A stretch of 64,000 nt of DNA from a candidate division FCPU426 bacterium. GTDB lineage: Bacteria > Oederibacteriota > Muellerivitia > Muellerivitales > Muellerivitaceae. The notes below the pieces were generated by a model that saw nothing but the letters and a program-made list of their open reading frames with translations, was not told where the DNA came from and did no database searches. This document shows positions 20,901 to 29,860 of the stretch, in pieces. Every line of letters starts with the position of its first letter. The stretch's first letter is position 1. The position numbers were made by a program, and so were the translations under genes. The stretch lies in assembly GCA_963847625.1 (NCBI GenBank), contig CAWKAR010000026.1, positions 32,001 to 96,000 of the forward strand, in the 5' to 3' direction.

Positions 20901-23284
20901 TTGGTGGGTGTGTTCGTAGGCGTAGGAGAGAGCGTACGGGTCGGAGTGGGCGTAGGAGTATTCGTGGGTGTGTTCGTTGGGGTGTTCGTGGGTGTAGGCG
21001 TGGGACTTGTTGTGGGTGTGGGTGTTGGCGTCCGGGTCGGGGTGTTCGTGGGAGTATTCGTCGGCGTTGGGGTGGGCGAGACGGTTGGGGTCGGACTCGG
21101 GGTATTCGTCGGGGTTGGAGTAGGTGTTCGGGTCGGGGTGTTCGTGGGGGTATTGGTCGGCGTGGGAGTGGGAGAGACGGTCGGGGTCGGAGTTGGTGTG
21201 TTCGTCGGGGTAGGAGTTGGCGTCCGGGTCGGGGTGTTCGTGGGGGTATTGGTCGGTGTGGGGGTGGGTGAGACAGTCGGTGTCGGAGTTGGGGTGTTCG
21301 TCGGAGTGGGCGTATTCGTCCGGGTCGGGGTGTTCGTGGGGGTATTGGTCGGTGTGGGGGTGGGTGAGACGGTCGGAGTCGGACTCGGGGTGTTCGTCGG
21401 CGTGGGGGTATTCGTCCGGGTCGGGGTGGGAGTTGGGGTTGGGCTGTTCGTTGGTGTAGGAGTTGGCGTCCGGGTCGGGGTGTTCGTGGGAGTATTGGTC
21501 GGCGTGGGAGTGGGACTTACTGTCGGGGTGGGAGTCGGGGTGTTCGTTGGTGTTGGTGTATTCGTCCGGGTCGGAGTGTTCGTGGGGGTATTTGTAGGGG
21601 TATTCGTGGGCGTTCTCGTCGGAGTATTGGTTGGCGTCGGGGTAGGCGTTGGGGTGTTCGTGGGCGTAATCGTAGGGGTATTAGTAGGCGTCCGCGTTGG
21701 GGTGTTGGTGGGGGTGTTCGTAGGTGTGGATGTGGGCGTCCTCGTCGGGGTGTTGGTGGGCGTGTTCGTGGGTGAAGGCGTGGGGGTCGGGGTATTGGTT
21801 ATTCCCGGGGTCGGGGTGCAAGTCAGAAGGACCATGCACGGCTCCATCCCAGTGGCGGTGTCAAAGTTGGTCCCCGAAGCATCCAACTGTTCCCGTACCA
21901 GGGTTCCATTGTAATAAAGCGCGAAAAACGGGTTTTCCTGGTTTGAAGAATTGGAGGAACAATCACCGTTGCCGGTCCCGAAATGCGACCAGTCGTCGGA
22001 AAAGTTGCCGTTGTCCATTTGCGTGTTGTTTCGCCCGTACCGGAGCATGTCGTATTGGACATACCAGTAGCCGCCATTGGGCGGGATGACGTAAGCCGTG
22101 GAGGTCGGGGAAAAGCAGTAAGTGATCATCTGGTTTGCGTAATGACCTGATATTTGCGTGCAGGGGCCGAAGGAAGCCACGGAGACCGTACCTGAAATAT
22201 TGATGTTCCCGCAGGAGGCCCCTCCGGCGGTGCAGGTGGTTCCGGCCGAGTTGTTGAGCTGCGCCATGTTGATGGTTTGGGATTCATAGGCCCAGGCCTT
22301 GACGCAAAGATTTGAGATGGTGACGGGGGTGGTGCCCCAGTTGTATACCCGGAAACCGTAATCCATATATTGGTTGTTTTGAAAATAACAGGCTGTTTGC
22401 AGGTTCAGCATGGGGGAGGTGATCCCGGGGCTGTTGCAGCCCGGCCAAGGGGTGAAAGTCGGGGTGGGTGAGCCCACTGTCGGCGTGGGCGTGAAAGTGC
22501 CGGTGGGAATGAGTGTGGGGGTGACGTCCACAGCCGGGGTGACCGTGGGCTGCGGCGTGATGGCGCAGGCGGTGCTTCCCAGCTCGAAATGCTGCCGGAA
22601 TATGTACACATCGCCCGATTGGACGCCGGTACCGTCGGACAGAAAGGCGTTGATCGCCCAAATCCAGGGCACCACGCTGCCCGAGGCTGGGTTGGTGAAT
22701 GTTCCCCAGCAAGAGCAATAAGTCGTAGTGGCGGCGGAAGTGGCGACATATGGGCCGAGCCATCCGCTTTCACTTGAGCCCGGGTTGCTCCAGCCTGAGG
22801 GAAAAAGACAGGTGGGAGGGTCGGGGGGATTATTACAGCCGCCACTGAGTATGTTGCCGGCAAACTTGGAGACCGTGCAGGTCCCATCGCTTTCGATATA
22901 TTGAGTCGTTCCACTCGAGCAGACGATGGTCAAAAGCCAACTGGCGCCGTTATGGTCGCCGGGGGCGACGTCTGCGGTTTCATCCGCGACCGCCAGCACA
23001 TTGTCCGAGGGATAGTTATTGAACAAACTGGCGGGAATGCTAGCGGTGGTAGCACTGCCATAACAGTTTCCGCTGGCACAGCCTCCAATGTAAGTGCCAT
23101 TTAGATAAACCCAGACGTCGTCGTCACCCATAAATTGAATGCTCGCGCTCGTTACGGTGCATTGTGCCTTTAGAAAGGATGGGGACATCCAACTAAGGAC
23201 CGCTAATAAAAAAACGGCGCAAAACCGGTTTAACCATGAGAGTTGAAAACGATTTAAACCGGTTTCAGAAAAATAGCGGAACAT
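17987..23284 (-). CDS. Giant secreted protein: Cys-rich lectin/CBM3-like N-terminal domains, ~1180-aa Thr/Pro stalk, C-terminal FlgD-Ig-like domain
   Basis: Signal peptide; [27 protein letters not shown] and ALYYNGTLV...EP (CBM3-like). C-terminus has IYNSAGEHV...[22 protein letters not shown]. Confidence 0.88.
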   Translation of the reverse strand: MFRYFSETGLNRFQLSWLNRFCAVFLLAVLSWMSPSFLKAQCTVTSASIQFMGDDDVWVYLNGTYIGGCASGNCYGSATTASIPASLFNNYPSDNVLAVADETADVAPGDHNGASWLLTIVCSSGTTQYIESDGTCTVSKFAGNILSGGCNNPPDPPTCLFPSGWSNPGSSESGWLGPYVATSAATTTYCSCWGTFTNPASGSVVPWIWAINAFLSDGTGVQSGDVYIFRQHFELGSTACAITPQPTVTPAVDVTPTLIPTGTFTPTPTVGSPTPTFTPWPGCNSPGITSPMLNLQTACYFQNNQYMDYGFRVYNWGTTPVTISNLCVKAWAYESQTINMAQLNNSAGTTCTAGGASCGNINISGTVSVASFGPCTQISGHYANQMITYCFSPTSTAYVIPPNGGYWYVQYDMLRYGRNNTQMDNGNFSDDWSHFGTGNGDCSSNSSNQENPFFALYYNGTLVREQLDASGTNFDTATGMEPCMVLLTCTPTPGITNTPTPTPSPTNTPTNTPTRTPTSTPTNTPTNTPTRTPTNTPTITPTNTPTPTPTPTNTPTRTPTNTPTNTPTNTPTRTNTPTPTNTPTPTPTVSPTPTPTNTPTNTPTRTPTPTPTNSPTPTPTPTRTNTPTPTNTPSPTPTVSPTPTPTNTPTNTPTRTNTPTPTNTPTPTPTVSPTPTPTNTPTNTPTRTPTPTPTNTPTPTPTVSPTPTPTNTPTNTPTRTPTPTPTNTPSPTPTVSPTPTPTNTPTNTPTRTPTPTPTTSPTPTPTNTPTNTPTNTPTPTPTRTLSPTPTNTPTNSPTNTPTPTPTTSPTPTPTNTTTRTPTPTPTPTPTTTPTPTPTNTPTNTPTNTPTSTPTTTPTPTPTYTPTRTPTRTPTPTLTTTPSPTPTNTPTNTPTNTPTPTPTTTPSPTPTNTPTRTPTPTPTPTPTITLTSTPTNTPTNTHTPTPSPTGTTSPTNTPTNTPTRTPTPTSTPTPTITPTPTPTNTPTNTPTRTPTPTPTTTPSPTPTNTPTNTPTNTPTPTPTTTPTPTPTNTPTNTPTRTPTPTPTTTPSPTPTNTPTRTPTATPTPTPTITPTPTPTNTPTNTLTPTPSPTGTTSPTNTSTNTPTRTPTPTPTPTPTITPTPTPTNTPTNTPTNTPTSTPTTTPTPTPTNTPTRTPTRTPTPTLTTTPSPTPTNTPTNTPTNTPTPTPTTTPSPTPTNTPTNTPTHTPTPTPTTTPSPTPTNTPTRTPTATPTPTPTITPTPTTTNTPTNTLTPTPSPTGTTSPTATPTNTPTRTNTPTPTPTPTITPSPTPTNTPTNTPTRTPTPTPTTTPSPTPTNTPTNTPTNTPTPTPTTTPTPTPTNTPTNTPTRTPTPTPTTTPSPTPTNTPTNTLTSTPTPTPTTTPSLTPTNTPTRTPTATPTPTPTITPTPTPTNTPTNTLTPTPSPTGTTSPTNTPTITSTTTPTPTLTNTPTNSATASPTPTVSLTSTGTPTRTLTPTPTSTPTPTPTASMTPTASLTATPSATPSDTLTLTSTPTPTWTPIFTYTFTNTPTNTLSPIPTFTLTNTSTPMNTPTDTPTLTPTNTPTETYTPTNTSTPTDTPTETPTLTSTNTPTPTNTPTETSTATDTSTNTLTPTPTVTPTNTPTRTKTQTPTTTWTDTSTPTPTITHAKTATGTFTDTPTVTPLPKCDQYYVSKNIFNPALGPVSIFVSYCQFPGVFSLRIYNSAGEHVQTLDEQYLEGAYAASYHWDGKNKFGDPCASGIYIFYLVEPYDRKIKRVLLLK
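18285..21820 (-). repeat. Intragenic Thr/Pro/Asn low-complexity repeat
   Basis: [14 protein letters not shown] repeats with 72-nt and 96-nt higher-order periodicity. Confidence 0.95.
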
Positions 23285-23596
23285 CGGCTCTCCTGTGTTT
23301 TGGCGGTGAAAAATGTATTGGAGATTTATTTAATGGAACCAAAATATTTTTTGATCCGCTCCCCGGACCCTCTGATTTCATAGGCAACCAATATAATTGT
23401 CAGTATATTTATTAGCTTATCTCAAAACGAGGAGTTTTGCTATGAGGCGCCCCTGGCCGCTTTGGTCCGATATACGCACCCATACCCTTAACCCATTACC
23501 CATAAACCCATTGGTATGGCCTAAAAGCCATTATCTATGGGTTGAATAACCCCTAACCAACACCTAAACCCATACCCACAAACCCACCCTAAACCC

Positions 23597-23750
23597 ATTC
23601 TCAGAATGCCATTCTTAGAATCCCAAACCCATTCTCAGAATCAATCTCAGAATGCCAGACTCGAATCCGAACCCAAAACCACATATTTCTCAATGTTTAA
23701 TTAATCTCGGATTCCATTCTCGGAATCATTCTTAGAATGATTCCGAGAAT
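23597..23750. repeat. Array of eight 11-bp near-palindromes (ATTCT-N-AGAAT consensus)
   Basis: Copies at 23597, 23611, 23631, 23643, 23703, 23716, 23728, 23740. Confidence 0.8.
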
Positions 23751-24042
23751 GACAGAATGAAAACTGAATCTGATCTGGCTAAACAGTTCACTGGATAGAC
23801 CCGCCTTAAACGAATTTAAGAACTTATTTTTAGGGGGTGTTTCAGGTTTTGCTATTTGAGATTAGACAGAGGAAGGGTAGGTTGATTTCAAAATGGCTTT
23901 CACCGCTCCAAACCCCCTCTTTAGCTCCAAGTGGGAATCTAGTGGGAAAATAACATTCCCACTTGCTATTTCTTGACAGATAACGAAAATCGTGACCGAA
24001 GGGGTCCAGGCTTAAAGATTATACTTTACGTCGCCAAAACAG

Positions 24043-24777
24043 TTAGAAATGGAAATTCGCGCCTATCTGTAGCGGAAAAAGGATGATGGGGTTGTCGGAA
24101 TAAAGCTCCCCTTGCGTCCCTTTGCTTTCAACCGTGGTCTCGAAATCCATTGCCATTTTCATTTGCGCGAATAAATCCAAGCCCCCCGCCAAATTGAACC
24201 CCAGCCCGATGCCGGGGTCCAACTCGGGATTCGTCCAGGCCGTAACCGCGCTCGCCGGGGGCGAGGGGGTCATGCTTAATGAATCCATCGCGATTCCGGC
24301 GCCTAGCAGGACGAAGGGATAAAAACCGGCCCCTATGGGGAAATCGTATTGACCCACGATCTCCAGGGGATTGTGGGACAGGGTCGCGGAAATACTTGAG
24401 GGAAGGTTTTTAAAGGAGAAACTCCCGATGCCGTACTCCAAGCCCAGGGAAAAGTTCCCCGGAAAAGCGTAACCCGCCTGGATCTCGCCGCAGGTACCCG
24501 AGTTTAAATGCGAAACTGCGTCACTGCTGGCGGGGAAAACCTCCCCGCCTTGCAATTGGATGAACAAATGCCCGTGTTCTTTCGGGGGGACAGGCGTTTT
24601 TACGGGAGTCTGGACCGCCACGGGTTTCTTTTTTTGGGGCTTGACGGTTTTTTTAATGGTCTTCTTAACGGCCGGGATCGGGGTTGCTTCCGTACCGTTT
24701 CCGGCACTTGAACTTGTCCCATATGCGACCGAGGTCATGATCACCAGCGCGGCGAAAAAACAAATAAACTTTCTCAT
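24043..24777 (-). CDS. Outer-membrane beta-barrel protein (OmpA/OmpW-like)
   Basis: Signal peptide, Lys/Pro-rich linker, amphipathic strands (YPFVLLGAGIA, GIGLGFNL), C-terminal QIGANFHF beta-signal; AGGAGG RBS. Confidence 0.8.
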   Translation of the reverse strand: MRKFICFFAALVIMTSVAYGTSSSAGNGTEATPIPAVKKTIKKTVKPQKKKPVAVQTPVKTPVPPKEHGHLFIQLQGGEVFPASSDAVSHLNSGTCGEIQAGYAFPGNFSLGLEYGIGSFSFKNLPSSISATLSHNPLEIVGQYDFPIGAGFYPFVLLGAGIAMDSLSMTPSPPASAVTAWTNPELDPGIGLGFNLAGGLDLFAQMKMAMDFETTVESKGTQGELYSDNPIILFPLQIGANFHF

Positions 24778-24913
24778 ATTTCCTCCTAAAAGCCGGTGGA
24801 TTTTCTAAAAGAAAATCTTCCTAAATTCATAATTCAAAATTCAGAATTGACCTTTCCCCCGAAAACTGATCCAAAAATATGTTAGTTTTGGATTATAGAT
24901 CGGGAGGGGAAAG

Positions 24914-25183
24914 ATGGCAAAGAAACGGTTTTTATCTGAGCAGATAGTGGCTATTCTCCGCGAGGCGGAGAAAGCTCCCGCCGTTGAGGAAGTTCTCCGA
25001 AAGCATGGCATTTCCGAGCAGACTTACTACCGCTGGAAACGCATGTACGGAAGCCTTGGAGTTTCCGAAGTCCACCGCATCAAACAGCTGGAAGAAGAAA
25101 ACCGGAAACTCAAGCAGTTAGCGGGTGATCAGGCCCTGGCTATTCAGGTTCTCCAAGAGCACATAAAAAAAAAGGGGTATTGA
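24914..25183 (+). CDS. IS3 transposase OrfA (HTH)
   Basis: RFLSEQIVAILRE...HGISEQTYYRWK...LEEENRKLKQL. Confidence 0.93.
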   Translation: MAKKRFLSEQIVAILREAEKAPAVEEVLRKHGISEQTYYRWKRMYGSLGVSEVHRIKQLEEENRKLKQLAGDQALAIQVLQEHIKKKGY

Positions 25184-26010
25184 TCGAGGAGCAAAAAGGC
25201 ATGGTGGAAGCCCTGAAGGCTCAGGAAGTACCGGAAAGACGAGCCTGTGATGTTCTTGGGGTAAATCGATCGAGTTTTCGATATGAGGCCCAGCCAGAAG
25301 ATCCGTTGAACCAGGTGATCCTGCAGGAAATGGTTAAGTTAGCGCAAAGAAACCGACGTTTCGGAAGCCCTCGGATGTTGTGGATGTTGGAACGCAGAGG
25401 CCTTGATGTGAATCACAAGCGGGTGGAGAGGCTCTACCAGGTAGCAGGGCTTCAATTACCGCGCAGGAGACCCAGGAAGAAGAGGGTTCCGACGGAATGG
25501 AGAAGGCCCCACCCGGCTTTGGGTTCCAACGAGGTGTGGACGATGGACTTCGTGCATGACCTGACATGGTTCGGGGGAAAGGTGAAGTTTTTGACGGTGT
25601 TGGATGAAGGATTTAGGGAATGCTTGGAGATCCGGGCGGAGAAGCGAATGAGAAGCCGGGACGTGCTGGAGACGCTGGACGAGTTGATGACGGAGTACGG
25701 GACACCAAAGTGCCTGCGGGTGGACAACGGGCCAGAGTTCGTGGCGAAAGAACTGAGGAACTGGCTTGAGGAGAAGGGCGTAGAGGTGCTATATATCGAA
25801 CCAGGGAGTCCATGGCAGAATGGATTCATCGAAAGTTTCAACGGAAAGTTTAGGGATGAGTGCCTGAACCAAGAAATTTTTCTTTCAAAAGCGGAGGCCC
25901 AGGTAGTCGTGGATTGGTGGAGGCAGGTGTATAACTGGCAGAGACCGCACAGCAGTTTGGGGGGAAAAACCCCAATGGAAGCAAAGGCCGAAAAGTTGGG
26001 CCTTAACTAA
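25180..26010 (+). CDS. IS3 transposase OrfB (DDE), fused to OrfA by -1 frameshift
   Basis: WTMDF, DNGPEF, PGSPWQNGFIESFNGKFRDECLN, RPHSSLG. A9-G4 slippery run at 25165-25177; OrfB is in the -1 frame. Confidence 0.93.
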   Translation: MIEEQKGMVEALKAQEVPERRACDVLGVNRSSFRYEAQPEDPLNQVILQEMVKLAQRNRRFGSPRMLWMLERRGLDVNHKRVERLYQVAGLQLPRRRPRKKRVPTEWRRPHPALGSNEVWTMDFVHDLTWFGGKVKFLTVLDEGFRECLEIRAEKRMRSRDVLETLDELMTEYGTPKCLRVDNGPEFVAKELRNWLEEKGVEVLYIEPGSPWQNGFIESFNGKFRDECLNQEIFLSKAEAQVVVDWWRQVYNWQRPHSSLGGKTPMEAKAEKLGLN

Positions 26011-26043
26011 CTTAAATTTGGATCAAACATTGGGGGAAGGTCA

Positions 26044-26191
26044 CCCACTTGAAATCTTTTCTGCGAATAGCGCTAATTTGATAGTCAACCACAGCCGCAT
26101 GAATCTCTTCATAAGGTGGGAACCAAAGCAATCCGCTACTACCTAAAACCTTCTCTGTTGAACCACGAACAATTCGAGTTGTTATCTTCAT
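26044..26191 (-). pseudogene. 5' fragment of an unknown ORF truncated by IS3
   Basis: MKITTRIVRGSTEKVLGSSGLLWFPPYEEIHAAVVDYQISAIRRKDFKW stays open up to the IS3 end; co-oriented with the upstream cassette. Confidence 0.55.
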
Positions 26192-26238
26192 TCTTTAAAA
26201 CCGCTTTCAGCTATTTACTAATTGGTGTTTCCCAACGT

Positions 26239-27270
26239 TTAACGAACGTCTTGAATTTCCTTTATAACAATATTGGAAATAACCGCTTTCGTTTGATTGG
26301 TTGTGGAAAAGCCAACATAAACAGGGCGATTCACATGAAAACCTTTTTCTAAAAACCTATCTTTACAGACAATAAGTCTTTGTCTTTCATCCAAAAATTT
26401 AGAAGCTTCAAAGACCATATTTGGAAAAACAAAAGAGCAAAAAGCTTCAAATTCCAAAGCATCTTGAATTTCCGAAACGGACTCCTGTACCATTCGAACC
26501 ACTGAACCTTGGCCGTTCAAATAGTCAATATGACATTCACGTTTATCGTAATTTAATTCAACAGATTCCCAGGGATAGATCACGGCTATGCGGGGATAAT
26601 TACTAGATGGATTATCAGAATTAAACGGCGCATTTGAGAGCAATAACCTAAGATCGCATCCTTTTTTAAGGTCCTGACCCACTTTGTCCAGGCTTGCCTT
26701 ATAAGAAATGGTAAAGTCAAAATTTATCGGTTTTGTTAACCAAACTTCATTATCCGGAGATATTTCCAGTCTATCTGGGGCATGATTGGTTAGTTTCCGT
26801 CCGTCATTTGGGACCCATGTTAAAACAGCCATTTTCGATTTATAAATTATGGAATGAATAAACTTTGTTAACTTCACTTTTAAATCTTTTTCGTCCTCAT
26901 ATGGCAAAATTTCACGGCCCTGAATATCAAATGGAGGTCGTCCACCCCAGCCACCATCCGATTCAGACTTTTCAAATTCTTTCTTTAAACAAATTATTAC
27001 AACAGGTATTTTCGATTCATAAGCAACACCCAATTCAAAAAATACGTTTGCATTTTTATTCGTAATATCTGCAATCACCAATCTTGAGGAACGTATCATT
27101 TCCGCAATGTGATACATCTTTATTTCGTTAGCTTCATACTCATCCAAGGCATCAACAAAATGCAAACCAGCATACGATTCAACCAAAGGCTTAATAACAT
27201 TTCGGAAAAGGTCCTTTGGAATATTTGAATTTTTGAACTGATATACGCCCATACAAGTATTAGACGCCAT
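26239..27270 (-). CDS. Nucleoside 2-deoxyribosyltransferase/TIR-like N-terminal domain fused to an unknown C-terminal domain
   Basis: IRSSRLVIADITNKNANVFFELGVAY and PPFDIQGREILPY motifs; AT-rich; AAGGA RBS. Confidence 0.75.
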   Translation of the reverse strand: MASNTCMGVYQFKNSNIPKDLFRNVIKPLVESYAGLHFVDALDEYEANEIKMYHIAEMIRSSRLVIADITNKNANVFFELGVAYESKIPVVIICLKKEFEKSESDGGWGGRPPFDIQGREILPYEDEKDLKVKLTKFIHSIIYKSKMAVLTWVPNDGRKLTNHAPDRLEISPDNEVWLTKPINFDFTISYKASLDKVGQDLKKGCDLRLLLSNAPFNSDNPSSNYPRIAVIYPWESVELNYDKRECHIDYLNGQGSVVRMVQESVSEIQDALEFEAFCSFVFPNMVFEASKFLDERQRLIVCKDRFLEKGFHVNRPVYVGFSTTNQTKAVISNIVIKEIQDVR

Positions 27271-27304
27271 AATTTGTCCTTTTAATTCTAATCACTTCGT
27301 TTGC

Positions 27305-27751
27305 TCAACTTTTTTCGTCAGGAACCTTGCTATCCCAATTCGCCACCACTACAAGAGCTAAAACAGAAAGAATAAATGGAATAATAACTACAAGTCCAAG
27401 CATCTTGACCACCAATTCATCTTTTAAATTAATCCCATTCGAAATGGATATTATTCCAATTAAAAAACAAATCCCCGAGCAATAGACCAAAGTATTCCAT
27501 GACCATGAAACAAAAAATTCAATGCGCCCCAAAACTCTATCAGTGTCACTTAAAAAAGAATATATTTTTGAAATATCATCGCAAGAAATATTTTTCCTTC
27601 CACCATTTATCTCTTTAACCTTTTCATTAATGGAGCCACGAATGCCTGCAACCTTTTTAACTATATCTTTTCTATAATTAAAACGAGACCAAGCGAAAAC
27701 AAAACAAAAAGATGCAAATGAAAACCAAACCATCGGATTGGATAGAATCAT
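27305..27751 (-). CDS. Hypothetical membrane protein (about 3 TM)
   Basis: One N-terminal and two C-terminal hydrophobic segments; ATGA overlap with the upstream ORF. Confidence 0.75.
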   Translation of the reverse strand: MILSNPMVWFSFASFCFVFAWSRFNYRKDIVKKVAGIRGSINEKVKEINGGRKNISCDDISKIYSFLSDTDRVLGRIEFFVSWSWNTLVYCSGICFLIGIISISNGINLKDELVVKMLGLVVIIPFILSVLALVVVANWDSKVPDEKS

Positions 27752-28056
27752 TTTTTGGGCCTAACATGGCGTTCATTTTCTTCTGCCGCTGAACCGGCCA
27801 AAAGACCTAGAAAACCACCGACAATTGCACCCAACGGACCGCCCACCGCCCATCCAAGTAAAGCCCCTCCTCCGGCTCCCGCCAGAGATCTTGTCCCAGA
27901 TTCTGCCCCAGAAGTGCGTTTTAAGGTCGTTTGCTTACAATAAGGACAAATCGTAACGGCATCTTGCGACAATAGAATTTTATAACCTTTTAACACCGCA
28001 TATTGGCACGCTTGATTTTGGCAAGAGTACTCAAATTTATTATCTTCAGAACTCAC
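27748..28056 (-). CDS. Small Zn-ribbon + glycine-zipper protein
   Basis: CQNQAC...CPYC, then GAGGGALLGWAVGGPLGAIVGGFLGLLAG; GTG start with GGAAGGA upstream. Confidence 0.75.
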   Translation of the reverse strand: MSSEDNKFEYSCQNQACQYAVLKGYKILLSQDAVTICPYCKQTTLKRTSGAESGTRSLAGAGGGALLGWAVGGPLGAIVGGFLGLLAGSAAEENERHVRPKK

Positions 28057-28195
28057 GAACTTTCCTTCCCCATGCCATTATAGAATCCAGGAATTCTTGC
28101 CTTAACTGTGTTTCGTTGTACTTTCCGGATTTATATTCTTCCAAATTGCAGTTGAACCGTTCAACAAGTTCTAGGATTTCTTTAGTGGCTGTCAT
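28046..28195 (-). pseudogene. N-terminal remnant of a fused restriction-modification (type IIG/HsdR_N-like) gene
   Basis: Manual translation MTATKEILELVERFNCNLEEYKSGKYNETQLRQEFLD matches the LVERF...Y....YNETQ.R.EF.D start of large R-M enzymes; stops after 49 aa. Confidence 0.65.
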
Positions 28196-28430
28196 GACCG
28201 TTATTCTAGCATCTCATAGAACGCCAGAAAGCCATTTATAAGTTTGGAATAAACAAGATCAAAGAAATTGGCAGAGAAAAAAGGGGTCAGTGATTCGAGT
28301 ACCTCACCATCCACCCACTAATCACCATTTAAAACAGGACATTAAAAAACTAAACAAACGTACTTAAACTGCCAAGCTTCCAATCCCAACATTTTCTTTT
28401 CTAGGCTGTCGCCTCGCGCCCACTGGGAAA

Positions 28431-29633
28431 TTACACATCCCGGCCTTTAAGCCAAAACCAAAGGGTTCCAATCAAGCCGAAGCCGGTAGCGGTAAAAAGA
28501 TTCAATTCCGGGCTATATGCCCAAAGGAATGCCCCCCCTAGGGCGGCCAGGGACACGATGGTGTCCCTTAAAAGGTAATAGAGGCCGAACATACCCGCTT
28601 TTTGGTCCGCGGGCGCCAGTTCCAGGATTAGGGCTTTGCGGGCCGGTTCCCCGAATTCCTTCAATCCCCTCAAGACAAACACCAATGCCAGCCACCAGAA
28701 AGAGTGGCTGAAATAAAGGCAGAGGGGAAAAGCCGTGAAAAAGAAAAAGGTCATCAGGACAAAGGGCCGTTTCCCCGCCTGGTCCACCATGCGGGCCACC
28801 GGCAGGTAAACCAGGAAGGCGGTCCCCATTTCAATGGCCGTCAGGATTCCGAAATCAAAGGCCGTAACCGGATGGGCTATCACCTTCATGCACCAAAGGA
28901 TGACGAAGGGATAGGGGATCTGCTCGCAAAACCGGATGAGAATGTCCGAAACTAAAAGGCTCCTTAATTCCGGTAACATCCGCTTGAACAGCCGCAAGGG
29001 ACTGCCGACCGCTTTCCCCTCCCCTTTTCCCGCCTCTCCCATCAAGGTCCAAAGGAAGCCCGCGCCCACCAGGCACATGGCCAAGGCCAGGTAAAAGGCC
29101 AACCGGACACCGCCTTTCTCGCCATAGGCCCCGATAAGGTAACCGCAAAGGAGGGGCCCCACCGCCATCGGCACCCGCCTGACCAGGGAATGAAGCGCGA
29201 CACCCATCGTGTGTTTGCTGGAAGGCATGACCTTGGATACCAGGCTCATGGCGGGAGGCAGGGAAACCGCGGACCAGGTGAGGAACAATACGGCGCCAGC
29301 CACCACAAATACCCAGTGGGGGGCGAAGATGGCCAAAAGGTAACCCAACACCGCCAGCAAGGTGTAAAAAAGGAGGGCGTTCCGGGGGCCGAACTTTTCG
29401 GAAATCCATCCCGCCGGGAAGGAAGAAAAAGCCGAAAGAAGGTTCTGGAAGAAATTCAGGGTACCGACCGCGAAGATGCCGCCGCCCAGGGCGATGAGGT
29501 AGATGGGCAAAAACCGTTCGCCCATGCGTTCCCCCAGGCCGACCAACATGGTCAGGATGAGCAACCCCACCATGCTTTTCCGGAGGCCCAGGAACTCTAC
29601 GATTTTCTCCCTTATTCCCAGCCGTTTAGCCAT
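28431..29633 (-). CDS. MFS transporter
   Basis: About 12 TM segments; GWISEKFGPR and MVDQAGKRP motif-A-like loops. Confidence 0.9.
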   Translation of the reverse strand: MAKRLGIREKIVEFLGLRKSMVGLLILTMLVGLGERMGERFLPIYLIALGGGIFAVGTLNFFQNLLSAFSSFPAGWISEKFGPRNALLFYTLLAVLGYLLAIFAPHWVFVVAGAVLFLTWSAVSLPPAMSLVSKVMPSSKHTMGVALHSLVRRVPMAVGPLLCGYLIGAYGEKGGVRLAFYLALAMCLVGAGFLWTLMGEAGKGEGKAVGSPLRLFKRMLPELRSLLVSDILIRFCEQIPYPFVILWCMKVIAHPVTAFDFGILTAIEMGTAFLVYLPVARMVDQAGKRPFVLMTFFFFTAFPLCLYFSHSFWWLALVFVLRGLKEFGEPARKALILELAPADQKAGMFGLYYLLRDTIVSLAALGGAFLWAYSPELNLFTATGFGLIGTLWFWLKGRDV

Positions 29634-29688
29634 TGATGCGTACCCCTTCTAATATTTTCATTAAAACAACAACCACATCAAAATTTTC

Positions 29689-29832
29689 GCCACAGATGCA
29701 GGAGATTCAGGGGAGATGAAATACAAAGATAACCCTAAATCTTAATGCTCATGGCCTTCGGTCAGGGCTGTTCAGCCCTCAGGCATGTCTAAAAGCCTTT
29801 AAGCCATCCCTTACATCCCATTTATCCGTGGC
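29689..29832. repeat. Palindromic REP-like element (CCAC(A/G)GAT family)
   Basis: GCCACAGATGCAGGAGATTCAGGGAGATG ... CATCCCTTACATCCCATTTATCCGTGGC arms; related copies at 44906-45071, 12000-12027, 12347-12374. Confidence 0.7.
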
Positions 29833-29860
29833 AAAAACATGTTTTGTCTTTATCCCGTTA

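Larger units (their letters stand above)
24848..26043 (+). mobile_element. IS3-family insertion sequence
   Basis: TG...CA ends, TIRs TGACCTTTCCCCC...TGATCCAAA / TTTGGATCA...GGGGGAAGGTCA, orfA+orfB. No target duplication seen. Confidence 0.95.

Noticed and set aside
18624..21914. 1096-aa Val/Gly ORF on the plus strand
   Set aside because: Antisense shadow of the Thr/Pro repeat: its codons reverse-complement to Val/Gly with no stops. The same applies to 18288-18575 and 34744-34974.
23460..23760. CRISPR array
   Set aside because: Repeats are only 6-11 bp with irregular short spacing; there are no 25-45-bp spacers and no cas genes.
26116..26352. 78-aa plus-strand ORF next to IS3
   Set aside because: Antisense to the better-supported minus-strand cassette; no motif.
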